DNA of 64,000 nt, taken from positions 32,001-96,000 of the IMG/VR virus record IMGVR_UViG_3300050119_000104, one strand, 5' to 3'. Position numbers and translations under genes: made by a program. The DNA is from a virus. Positions within the stretch are counted from its first letter, which is position 1. Each line of letters opens with the position of its first letter. The notes below the pieces were generated by a model. That model ran no database searches and had not been told where the DNA came from. It saw nothing but the letters and a program-made list of their open reading frames with translations. Below, in pieces: positions 56,349-64,000 of the stretch.

Positions 56349-56766
56349 ATGCTGTCCACCCCCTCAAATATCGAACGTATTCGCGCGATTTCAGCGACGC
56401 TCAAAGACCTAGACTTGGCTTACCGCATTTTCGACGAGCTACCAGACGGCATTCTACTTGTTGACCGGAGCGGCATCATTCGGTTGGTCAACAAACAGAG
56501 CGAAGCGTTGTTCGGCTACACGCGCTTTGAGTTGGATGGTAGTCCTCTCAGCCTGCTAATCCCCGAAACTTTGAAAGGGTTGCACGCCGAACACTTTCAC
56601 GCGTACCTCGCGAACCCCGTCAAGCGACCAATGATGCCTACGGAAAAGCATGGACTCAAGCTGGTCGGAGTCCCGCAAGGACGGCTCAGAAATATCACTC
56701 GACATCAGCCTCACCCCCATCCAATCCCCCGAAGTATCTTTCGTGCTCGCAGTGATCAGAAGTTAA
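56349..56766 (+). pseudogene. stand-alone PAS(-PAC) domain gene with a one-base frameshift
   Basis: IFDELPDGILLVDRSG.I..VN...E.LFGY...EL.G; after an extra C at ~56672-56674 the other frame reads VRKDGSEISLDISLTPI...VLAVIRS*. Confidence 0.8.
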
Positions 56767-56781
56767 GTGGGAGAAATAAAG

Positions 56782-57078
56782 ATGACCGGGGAACTTGACA
56801 ACTGGTCGGAGTATCGTCGCCTCGTGCTCGCCGAACTTGATCGGCTGAATAAGGCTATCGAAGGTCTCGACAATAAAATCGACCAACGGGAGCGCGAGAA
56901 CTCAGATAAAAACGCAAAGCGCGACCGCGAGAACGGGGATAAAGACGCGGTGCGAGATCGGGATTTGCTGACGCTCAAGCTCAAGGCGAGTATTTACGGC
57001 GCAATGTCGGGGGCTGTTTTCAGTGCCATCGTCGCGATCATTACGGCCCTATTCTATAAGTGGCCGATGAAATTGTAA
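56782..57078 (+). CDS. coiled-coil protein with a C-terminal TM (holin-like)
   Basis: NWSEYRRLVLAEL.RL...; C-terminal GAMSGAVFSAIVAII. Confidence 0.6.
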   Translation: MTGELDNWSEYRRLVLAELDRLNKAIEGLDNKIDQRERENSDKNAKRDRENGDKDAVRDRDLLTLKLKASIYGAMSGAVFSAIVAIITALFYKWPMKL

Positions 57079-57121
57079 AATACAGGTTGCTCGATCCCGC
57101 GAACGCTGATAAGGTGATGCC

Positions 57122-57607
57122 ATGCTGTTAGATCACGAAATTGATCGACTCGCCGAACGGATCGCAGATCATCTGCGACCTATCTTCAAACAGGAGTTAA
57201 AACCCATGGTTGATGCAGTAGCAGACTTGACCGCAGCAGTGACGGCTACTCTCACTGACGTATCTGGCCTCGTAGCTGCGCTCGAAGCGGACATCGCCTT
57301 GCTCGCGGCTACCCCCGCAAGCGATACGGTCGCGGTCGAGGCACAGGTCGCTCGATTGACGGCAGGCAGCGCGGCAGCAGCCGCACTGCTCGCAACACTC
57401 GTTCCGGCTTCGCCCGTGGCGGCGCCGCTCTCCCCGGCTCCAGTTGGCGCAACCGGCGTCGGCGCATCTGGCGTTGCCGTATCTGGTGCAATCGGTGCAT
57501 CCGGTGTAGGCGCGACTGGCGTAGGTACCGGCGTTGCCGGTGCTTCCGGTGGGACTGGCGCTTCCGGCGAAGCCGTCAGCACGGCGAATGCCGCGCTCAA
57601 GGCCTAA
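57122..57607 (+). CDS. Ala-rich protein with a collagen-like GAT/GAS tail
   Basis: VADLTAAV..; VGATGVGASG repeats. Confidence 0.6.
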   Translation: MLLDHEIDRLAERIADHLRPIFKQELKPMVDAVADLTAAVTATLTDVSGLVAALEADIALLAATPASDTVAVEAQVARLTAGSAAAAALLATLVPASPVAAPLSPAPVGATGVGASGVAVSGAIGASGVGATGVGTGVAGASGGTGASGEAVSTANAALKA

Positions 57608-57633
57608 AGTTTCCCGGCAAGTACTACAGCAAA

Positions 57634-57667
57634 CGGGCGTCGCGTTTATTCGCGGCGCTCTTTTTTT
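57634..57667 (+). terminator. intrinsic terminator ending the + strand region
   Basis: GGGCGTCGCG...CGCGGCGCTC followed by TTTTTTT. Confidence 0.7.
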
Positions 57668-57763
57668 GTATGCAAAATTTGCCCTTCAAGGGCTAAAACG
57701 ATATACAAAACTACTCTCGGGAATTGGCTGGAAGGGAACCGGCCGCCTGCTACTACCACTGAG

Positions 57764-58075
57764 CTACCTTCCAAAATTTCTCTTTAAGCGCTGACGATGA
57801 CTCGTTTCCTGACCGAGCGGCGAATTGTTGTAGCGATGCGCGCACTCCAATCCAAGCACACTTTGATCGTAACGACGCTTCGACTCTTTCCCGAGTACGC
57901 TTTTATGACTGCGACTATCAATCGCCCTTCCGTTCGGAGATTGCTTAAAAAGCCGCACGCACTCCATACAACCGTGACTGCTAACATAACGCTCGGTCAC
58001 GTGACCGCGCGGGCATGGTCGTCCGGTGAAGTACCGTAAGAGTCCGCGAGCTTTCGCGGTGGCGCGCGAGATCAT
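57764..58075 (-). CDS. homing-endonuclease-type Zn/DNA-binding module without a nuclease domain
   Basis: YFTGRPCPRGHVTER.V....CMEC followed by Y..S.LG repeats. Confidence 0.55.
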   Translation of the reverse strand: MISRATAKARGLLRYFTGRPCPRGHVTERYVSSHGCMECVRLFKQSPNGRAIDSRSHKSVLGKESKRRYDQSVLGLECAHRYNNSPLGQETSHRQRLKRNFGR

Positions 58076-58338
58076 TGTCGCTCTCGCCAAAGATAGTAGG
58101 CGATTTGCGCGAGCCATACCGTATTGATGAGTACGATACCGACGCCACCAACAAATGAGAACCATTGATCGAGCGCCGGGTAATAGAATAAATTCCAATA
58201 GCCCCACGCTGAAAAGAACGCGACTGGTATCCATGAGACGCCGCGCACGATTTTCTCATGATAGAGTTTGCGCACCGAGAGCGCGATAAAAAATCCGCCC
58301 GCGCTCTTGAGGCAACCATTGATGAGATCAGGCGTCAT
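58072..58338 (-). CDS. small PQ-loop-like membrane protein
   Basis: DLING.....GG.FI...V.KL...K.VRGVSW....FF..WG.WNL.YYP.L.QW. Confidence 0.6.
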   Translation of the reverse strand: MTPDLINGCLKSAGGFFIALSVRKLYHEKIVRGVSWIPVAFFSAWGYWNLFYYPALDQWFSFVGGVGIVLINTVWLAQIAYYLWRERQ

Positions 58339-59441
58339 TCTTGCCAGCTAACCCACGGCTTCCCCTCTGCCGCAGCTTTCTTACCCTCAAGGAAAATCTC
58401 CCAACGAGCGGTCGTGCCCCATTCGGGATGATTGAACCAGAGCGCTTGCGATGGTCGGCTGTAACGTGCGCGCAATTGCAGCATGGCGTACTCATCAAAG
58501 CCTTTGAGCGCGTTGTTGACGGTCACTCCCGGCAACCAGAGCATTTGGTGCCAGTGAAACAGCACAAGCTCATCGAAGTCCATGCCAATAGTATGCGTCT
58601 GTTGACCAAGCTTGATCGAGCCCCGCATGATCGGGCCGATGGCCCCGATGATACCGTCGCCGCCCTTCACGCCGAGCGAGTCGCCGTGCGTGACCATGTA
58701 GCGTGTGCCATAGCTGGGGAAGTGCGCGTCAGCGGTGGATGGAACATCAATCCTGATATGCTTCTCTTTGCGGAAGTATCGTTTGAGATTACAATAAATA
58801 CTCCAATCATAATTTGTAAAAACCCTACCCTTCATTCGCATCTTTTTAGTCGAGCGACCGTGGTTGCCGACGACACCGACGACGTAGGCGCGACCGAATT
58901 TCGTCGCCATATGCTCGATACCGGCGGCCAGGATATCAGTGAGATCATCGACCGCTTGATGTGGCGTTCGGTCATTGGTCGCTAGCAATTCCTCATGAAT
59001 ATCACCGCCGATCATGTCGCCGCCGAGCAGGATGATGATACCTGGGTATATAGTCTTGGCATGCCCCATATGATTGAACGCGAGATCGGCCGTGGTGTCA
59101 TAGAGCCGGAACGCACGCTTCTTAGCGATGGCCATGTTGAATTCGTTGACGCCGTTGGTCTCGTCAGCTTTGACAACTTCGCCGTAATGCCAATCTGACC
59201 ACGCCGTGATCGGACAGCCTCGCGAGCCGATCTTGCCAGCTTTGCCTGTGATCCACGTAGGTGGCTCAGGATCGTGCGCGGCGAGTCCCCAAATCTCTTG
59301 CCGGATTTTCTCCGCCGTATCGTTCTCACGATGGAGTTGCTCGATAGTGCGCCGATAGTCAATCTGTTGGGCGTTCTTTTTTCGGATCACTTCCTGCGCA
59401 TCCGCGAGTTGATCCATTATTGTTTTTGTTGCGCTGGCCAT
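58335..59441 (-). CDS. calcineurin-like metallophosphoesterase / exonuclease
   Basis: SDWHYGE, GGDMIGG.IH, GNHGR, HGD motifs. Confidence 0.8.
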   Translation of the reverse strand: MASATKTIMDQLADAQEVIRKKNAQQIDYRRTIEQLHRENDTAEKIRQEIWGLAAHDPEPPTWITGKAGKIGSRGCPITAWSDWHYGEVVKADETNGVNEFNMAIAKKRAFRLYDTTADLAFNHMGHAKTIYPGIIILLGGDMIGGDIHEELLATNDRTPHQAVDDLTDILAAGIEHMATKFGRAYVVGVVGNHGRSTKKMRMKGRVFTNYDWSIYCNLKRYFRKEKHIRIDVPSTADAHFPSYGTRYMVTHGDSLGVKGGDGIIGAIGPIMRGSIKLGQQTHTIGMDFDELVLFHWHQMLWLPGVTVNNALKGFDEYAMLQLRARYSRPSQALWFNHPEWGTTARWEIFLEGKKAAAEGKPWVSWQE

Positions 59442-59588
59442 GACGATAACTCCTGTCTGTTTCTAAGCCCTTTGGCGACTGACGGTATTTCCGTTTGACT
59501 TCAAGATACTTCGGACCTAATCGATAGTTACGATCACGTTCAAGACCCTTCGGCGACTTGTTGTAGCGGATGTGAGCCGCCTTACTCG

Positions 59589-60230
59589 TCATTTCTTTGC
59601 TCGATGTCGAAACGGCAACTTTAGGCCGTCCTGGTTCAGATCGCAAGAAATCTTGCCAAGCTCTTTGTAACTGATTTTGGTGGGGAGACCACGATGCGGT
59701 CCGGGGTAGGTGACGATTGGAAATTTCTTTAGAGTCAGTTTCATGATCTCGCCGTAGTCGAGCCCGAGAGGGCGACCGTCCTCATCCGGCGTATCCAAGG
59801 TGAAAAGCAGAAGCGCCCGCGTGTATTGACGGATATGCTTGTACTCGCGACGCGACAGCCAGTTCAAACGGTTACTCTCGGCCGGTGTTCGATGTTCTCT
59901 AACTTTCTCAGCGGCAATGACCGCCTTATGCTCAGCTTCTTTGGCGCGGTTGGCTGCAATAAGTTTTGCTTCTTTGGCGCGCTCGCGGAGCTTCACTTTC
60001 TTAGCGCGGAGAGCAATAAGGAGTTTCGCTTTCTTGAGACGGGCAGCAACAAGAAGGGCTACTTTTTTAGCGCGCTCGTGGAGCTTCGCTTTTGCTTTCG
60101 CTTTCTTAGCGCGGAGAGCAGCAAGGAGCTTCGCTTTCTTGAGACGGGAAGCAACAAGAAACCTCAATCGTTTTGCACGCTTGGCCTCTCGACACTTAAG
60201 TCTTTTTACTTGGGAAGTGAGTGATGACAT
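59589..60230 (-). CDS. Lys/Ala-repeat (histone H1-like) protein with a C-terminal domain
   Basis: Repeated AKLLAALRAKK units. Confidence 0.6.
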   Translation of the reverse strand: MSSLTSQVKRLKCREAKRAKRLRFLVASRLKKAKLLAALRAKKAKAKAKLHERAKKVALLVAARLKKAKLLIALRAKKVKLRERAKEAKLIAANRAKEAEHKAVIAAEKVREHRTPAESNRLNWLSRREYKHIRQYTRALLLFTLDTPDEDGRPLGLDYGEIMKLTLKKFPIVTYPGPHRGLPTKISYKELGKISCDLNQDGLKLPFRHRAKK

Positions 60231-60231
60231 G

Positions 60232-60711
60232 CTACCAACCTTTTGCCGTTCTCAGAAGCACGTCGGCGAGTGATAGTGTCGGATCACAGACAGAGAGGAT
60301 TTCAAGAACCGACTCCGGCGCGGTGATGTGTTCATATAAGTTCCCCGGAACAAGATATAGACGAGCGGCGCGTCCCTCCCCCACCTGTAGCAGAACCCAA
60401 TTGATCCTGCAACCGGCTTGTGAGCGGTCCCGATGCCAGTCCCGTTGCGAGTCCCGGCACTTAGGATGGATCGGGGTTGTCGGCCTCACCGGGCGATCTT
60501 CGGATTTTAATTCGAGCCAAATTTGGAGCCCATTAATACAACCTTCCACGTCCGGGTGGCCTGTGCCGACGGCGTTTTCGAGGCGCTGTAGATCGACGAG
60601 GTGCCCGGTAGCCTTGAGCGCAGGAATGGCAGTGTCCCGGATACGTTTCCACAGCGCACTCTCCCGCGCCATCTTTATTCGACCGGCGGCTGCTTCCGCT
60701 TGCGAGGCCAT
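60232..60711 (-). CDS. PD-(D/E)XK nuclease (VRR-NUC / resolvase-like)
   Basis: ESALW..., RLEN..G.GHPDV.GC..G..IWLELK. Confidence 0.8.
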   Translation of the reverse strand: MASQAEAAAGRIKMARESALWKRIRDTAIPALKATGHLVDLQRLENAVGTGHPDVEGCINGLQIWLELKSEDRPVRPTTPIHPKCRDSQRDWHRDRSQAGCRINWVLLQVGEGRAARLYLVPGNLYEHITAPESVLEILSVCDPTLSLADVLLRTAKGW

Positions 60712-61271
60712 CCTGGTTCAAAGACAAACTTGTCGGAGACGGGCTTGTTTTCCCGCTTCGCCGCTTCGCCGACCGCAGTGTAGGGTGGGACGGCATTCGG
60801 CATGCGCGCGGTGATCTCTTTGATTTTCTCGTTCATGTCCTCCTGCCATCCGCTCGGTAGCGGCGGCGGTCGGTCATCCACGAAATTTTTCATGAACATC
60901 GCGTCGCGGAGTACCACGAGAGAAGCGAGAGCTTTACCGATGTGGCTGATACCTGAAGCTGGGTCGATATCCTCGCCCTCGAACCACGCGGTCAGATGGC
61001 GCATGGTCGCGTCATAATAGACGCTCGCGCGCACGCCAATGACTCGATAGTTATGCCGTCCATATTTGCGGGCACCTTCAAACATGCCAACTCCGATCTC
61101 GGCAATGACGGCGGATGATACCGTCGAGAACGGCACTTTGAGAATGCCGAGCACGTCTTTCGGATTGGAAGGTTTCGCAGTTGGATTGTTGGCAACGATT
61201 TCCGTATTGAGTACGTCATCGGGATTCGTGCTTATCCGGTTGACACCCACAACCTCTTTATCTTGGGTCAT
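60675..61271 (-). CDS. dATP/dGTP diphosphohydrolase-like (DUF5664) protein
   Basis: NPKD..G..KVP.S.V.......G.GM.EGARKYGRHNYR..GVRASVYYDA.MRHL..W..GED.D..SG..H. Confidence 0.85.
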   Translation of the reverse strand: MTQDKEVVGVNRISTNPDDVLNTEIVANNPTAKPSNPKDVLGILKVPFSTVSSAVIAEIGVGMFEGARKYGRHNYRVIGVRASVYYDATMRHLTAWFEGEDIDPASGISHIGKALASLVVLRDAMFMKNFVDDRPPPLPSGWQEDMNEKIKEITARMPNAVPPYTAVGEAAKRENKPVSDKFVFEPGWPRKRKQPPVE

Positions 61272-61420
61272 GCGGCCCTCCGGCTTTCGTCTCCACGACG
61301 CTGAGCACTCAGCGCGAGAATGTTCCGTGCGGCATTTGTGTCACGGTCATGGACCGCTCCGCATCCGCCGCACATCCATTCCCTTATTCCAAGCTCTGCG
61401 ATACCTTTAGGGCCACAACG
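61240..61420 (-). ncRNA. omega/reRNA overlapping the tnpB 3' end (approximate)
   Basis: CCCTAAAGGT, GGAATAAGG and GCGCTGAGTGCTCAGCGT hairpin; TnpB RNAs are known to overlap the 3' CDS. Confidence 0.65.
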
Positions 61421-62323
61421 CGCACCGCACGTTGAACAGAGTTGGGAAGTCCATCGCTCATCGGCCTCAATGTACGTCGCCCCGTGCCTGCTGGCCTTGT
61501 AGCGGAGCGCCGACCGGAACGAGGACCAAGAGGCGTCGAGCACGGATTTAGCCATCCGTGTTCGGGCCATCTGCGCCGCGTTCACATTGCCGACGACGAT
61601 CAGGCGATTGTCCGCAGCGATGCGGGCCGTCGCCTTATGGATGTGATCTTTCCGGGCATTCGCGATCTTGGCATGAATAGCCTTGGTGCGCTTGCGGTTA
61701 CCGGCGCGCTGCGCCGTGGCAAGTGCCCGTTCGTATTGGCGGTAGTGGCGGAGCGCGGGGACCGAAGTGCCATCGCTGCACGCCGCAAGGGTTTTCAGCC
61801 CCAAATCAATGCCGATTTCGCCGTTGCCTATAGGCAAATCGGCAACATCGACGTGGAAGCACACGTACCAGCGTCCGCGTGCATCCTCGACGAACGCTCC
61901 ACCTTTTGCGGTTGGCGGTAATGGCCGTCGCGCTTGCCAGAAATGGTAGACCTTGCCGAGATAGGTGATCGTGTTGGCTGATACCTGACGGCTCTGACCC
62001 TGAAACGGTATCCAGCCCAAAGCGCGCGATCCGCGCCAGCGCAATGAGCGCTTTGCCTTGTCGCGACTCCGCGCATACTGCTCGCACACCGAGCCGACCG
62101 TCTGCGCATGAATGCCCAAGTCCTTCGACGTGCCTTTGGTCATCCGTTGTAGGTCGAAATGCGACGGCCATTTGCGCTTCGGCGACCCATCGCGGTAGCG
62201 CGCCTCGATGTCATGCTGTACCTCGTTGCAGTAATTCCAGACGACGTTGCACGCTTTCGCATGCCGCCGAAGGGTCTTTTTGGCGGAGCGGTCCTTGATG
62301 CGATAGCGGTAAGTCAAGATCAT
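61268..62323 (-). CDS. tnpB: TnpB nuclease, RuvC-II-rearranged type; paralog of 14199-15275
   Basis: GIDLG, IVVGNV, DERWTSQLCSTCG, HDRDTNAARNI. Confidence 0.95.
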   Translation of the reverse strand: MILTYRYRIKDRSAKKTLRRHAKACNVVWNYCNEVQHDIEARYRDGSPKRKWPSHFDLQRMTKGTSKDLGIHAQTVGSVCEQYARSRDKAKRSLRWRGSRALGWIPFQGQSRQVSANTITYLGKVYHFWQARRPLPPTAKGGAFVEDARGRWYVCFHVDVADLPIGNGEIGIDLGLKTLAACSDGTSVPALRHYRQYERALATAQRAGNRKRTKAIHAKIANARKDHIHKATARIAADNRLIVVGNVNAAQMARTRMAKSVLDASWSSFRSALRYKASRHGATYIEADERWTSQLCSTCGARCGPKGIAELGIREWMCGGCGAVHDRDTNAARNILALSAQRRGDESRRAA

Positions 62324-62410
62324 CTGGGTTTAGTACCTGTGGGTGTCAACCGGATAAGCATGAACTCAATGAGCTTTTTGATCGGCTTGCGCCGGTGAAG
62401 CTCGCTAAGA

Positions 62411-62620
62411 TTAGTCTTTGTCATATCCAACAGCCTCCCTATAATGGACACACGTTTCGTCCGGGGCCCCATGTACCTCTGCGCACGGGCAATCGAGACC
62501 CCAGCTACAATGAGCGCCGCGAGCCCCAGCTAGAAGCACGCGCGCAGCCTCAGCTTCGCGAACGCAAAGCGGGCACGGTTCGGTGCCTTTGGAAAAATCG
62601 TGATGGTGGCGGCAGCGCAC
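62411..62620 (-). CDS. small Cys/His-rich protein
   Basis: CPLC, HC...C.C, C.H. Confidence 0.5.
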   Translation of the reverse strand: MRCRHHHDFSKGTEPCPLCVREAEAARVLLAGARGAHCSWGLDCPCAEVHGAPDETCVHYREAVGYDKD

Positions 62621-62621
62621 G

Positions 62622-62837
62622 TCAGGTCTGTGCAGGCGGGAGCATCATTTGCTGGTCGATGCGGCGTATGGCCTGAGCCACGCCGGTGCCGCGCGCAAAC
62701 GCAGCCTCTCCCTCGGCGTATTTCTCTTTGCTGAATTCCAGAGGCTCAGTCATTGGGGGCTCCCTTTCAAATCCGGGCCGGGCTTCCACCAGCATCATGG
62801 ATGTACCACTTGCATCCTTCCTTTTCAGGCTAACCAC
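62622..62837 (-). CDS. hypothetical protein
   Basis: ORF in the - strand operon. Confidence 0.45.
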   Translation of the reverse strand: MVSLKRKDASGTSMMLVEARPGFEREPPMTEPLEFSKEKYAEGEAAFARGTGVAQAIRRIDQQMMLPPAQT

Positions 62838-62891
62838 ACCTTTACGTCGCAGATGCGCGAAGCCATCCCGTAGCGGAGCTAGCGCAACCTG

Positions 62892-63737
62892 TCAATAGTC
62901 AGGTGACAAACCTAAGTCGTCCGAATTCAGACCCTGGGGCGCACTCACGTCAGCGGGCGTCGGGCAGCGCGCTCTTGTGGCGCGGATCACTTTGGTCTGC
63001 TTCTCGCCGCGATATTCAGAATGTTCTTTAACCGACGCGCGCAGCGTGAACGTTTCGCCAACTTCGGTTTTGAAAGCGGGCGACATGCAGACGATGGAAT
63101 TCCCGGCGGCGTCGCGCATGGTCGAAACGTAGACCGTTTGCGCGCGGTCGTAGTAGCCGAAGCCAGCGCGCTCGAACGTCGAAACACGCTCGACCGTGAC
63201 CGCGACTTCGATGCGCTTGCCGATCTCACCAACGTGGCCGCTACCGGCGACCGCGACGGCCCGAGCCTCGCACTTGTCACACGCGGAAATCAGCGTAGCC
63301 ATCTGCTTTTCGGACAGGTTGCCGGTCCGCGCGACGGTTTCCATAACGCTCGCGATAAACGGGTTCTGCTCCGAAAACTTGGCAGCGCGCTCGAACAGCG
63401 GACCATTGTCCCGCGTGACGACGGCCCAGCGCTCCGCGCGCTCGGCGGCAATTTTAGCGACCTTCACGGCGAGCTTCTCGGCCTTCGCAGCGGCCTTTTT
63501 ATCAGCGGTCGCGTTCAGCTTTGCGAGTTGCTCGGCGGTGTAGAGCTTATGGCAGACGATGGAACCACGGCCGGAACCGCCGCACTGGAAGCAGGTCCAG
63601 CCGGTGAACTTCCAGACCTCAGAACCGCCCTGGCCGCCGCAGCGGCCGCAGGGGCTCTCCTTGGTGATCGAGGGCGCACCCTTGGCGTTGATTTGGGGTG
63701 TGCCGGTGAACAGGGGACCAGTTCGGGGCGCGGTCAT
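62892..63737 (-). CDS. Zn-finger plus OB-fold-like protein
   Basis: CGRCGGQG..CFQCGG.G; HVG.IG.R..V.V.V; RDAAGN; TL.A.VK.H.EY.G.KQT. Confidence 0.65.
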   Translation of the reverse strand: MTAPRTGPLFTGTPQINAKGAPSITKESPCGRCGGQGGSEVWKFTGWTCFQCGGSGRGSIVCHKLYTAEQLAKLNATADKKAAAKAEKLAVKVAKIAAERAERWAVVTRDNGPLFERAAKFSEQNPFIASVMETVARTGNLSEKQMATLISACDKCEARAVAVAGSGHVGEIGKRIEVAVTVERVSTFERAGFGYYDRAQTVYVSTMRDAAGNSIVCMSPAFKTEVGETFTLRASVKEHSEYRGEKQTKVIRATRARCPTPADVSAPQGLNSDDLGLSPDY

Positions 63738-63813
63738 GGGTTTTTCTCCGCCCTCTACATGGCACGGCTCGGGGGAGCCAGCCAGCGGAACCTTGGAAGG
63801 AGGTTAAGAGACC

Positions 63814-64000
63814 CATGCTTATCCGGTTGACGCCCAATGCTTGACAGCTACCTGGAATTTTGCTTTTCTCCGTTCCGACAATCGCCTCCGATTGATTGGG
63901 GGTATCTAAAGACCATGTTTCCGTCGTCTGTTCGCGCCGAAAGGTAGAACGGCGATGAATAAGGTCCATTTCGGTGGATCGCGCAGAGTGCTCTGCGTCC
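63814..64000 (+). mobile_element. second copy of the omega-RNA MITE, truncated by the window edge
   Basis: Matches 11-197 over 187 nt with one mismatch (46 C vs 63849 T); different upstream flank. Confidence 0.92.

Larger units (their letters stand above)
61227..62362 (-). mobile_element. TIR-bounded TnpB element, same end family as 11-252
   Basis: 61227-61250 CGTGCTTATCCGGTTGACACCCAC is inverted to 62339-62362; on the tnpB strand it starts CATG and ends CACG like the MITE; no TSD found. Confidence 0.8.

Noticed and set aside
58341-58985. 214-aa + strand ORF
   Set aside because: Antisense shadow of the metallophosphoesterase.
61227-62362. TIR pair as an invertible phase-variation switch
   Set aside because: No invertase nearby, and the sister element has a TSD that points to transposition. 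Not fully excluded; reads in both orientations would revive it.
63814-64000. Repeat of the window start as a circular-assembly overlap or phage direct terminal repeat
   Set aside because: The upstream flanks differ (TCCAACAAAG vs AAGAGACC), there is one internal mismatch, and copy A has its own TIRs and TSD. Replication genes are also missing from the interval.

Overview
A 64-kb stretch of a long-tailed dsDNA phage (or prophage) that probably infects Alphaproteobacteria (it carries usg and rhizobial-type sigma70-like promoters). The + strand, ~340-57,600, runs: a cluster of small low-complexity genes, TerS, TerL (with an intein), portal, large accessory head-region proteins and MuF-like fragments, scaffold, an inserted collagen-fibre/IPT/glycosyltransferase block, major capsid, head-tail joining genes, tail tube, chaperone, tape measure and tail tip, a glycosylation locus (GT9, DUF5672, intein-containing Gmd, Fcl), three tRNAs and a lysis region. 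The - strand, ~57,760-63,740, holds the start of an early/middle region. No polymerase, helicase or integrase is visible, so the genome probably extends beyond the window. There are three TnpB elements: IS605-type with TnpA, IS607-type with a deleted TnpA, and a third. The most striking signal is a family of elements bounded by ~26-bp terminal inverted repeats (CATGCTTATCCGGTTGAC...GTCAACCGGATAAGCACG). One member (61227-62362) carries the third TnpB. Two near-identical short copies (11-252, with an 8-bp target duplication, and 63814-end) carry only a promoter and an omega-RNA-like scaffold. The putative guide inside the TnpB copy matches the phage's own genome over 27 nt exactly, right after the portal gene (10875-10901). 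All family and product assignments are by eye from motifs; no searches were run.
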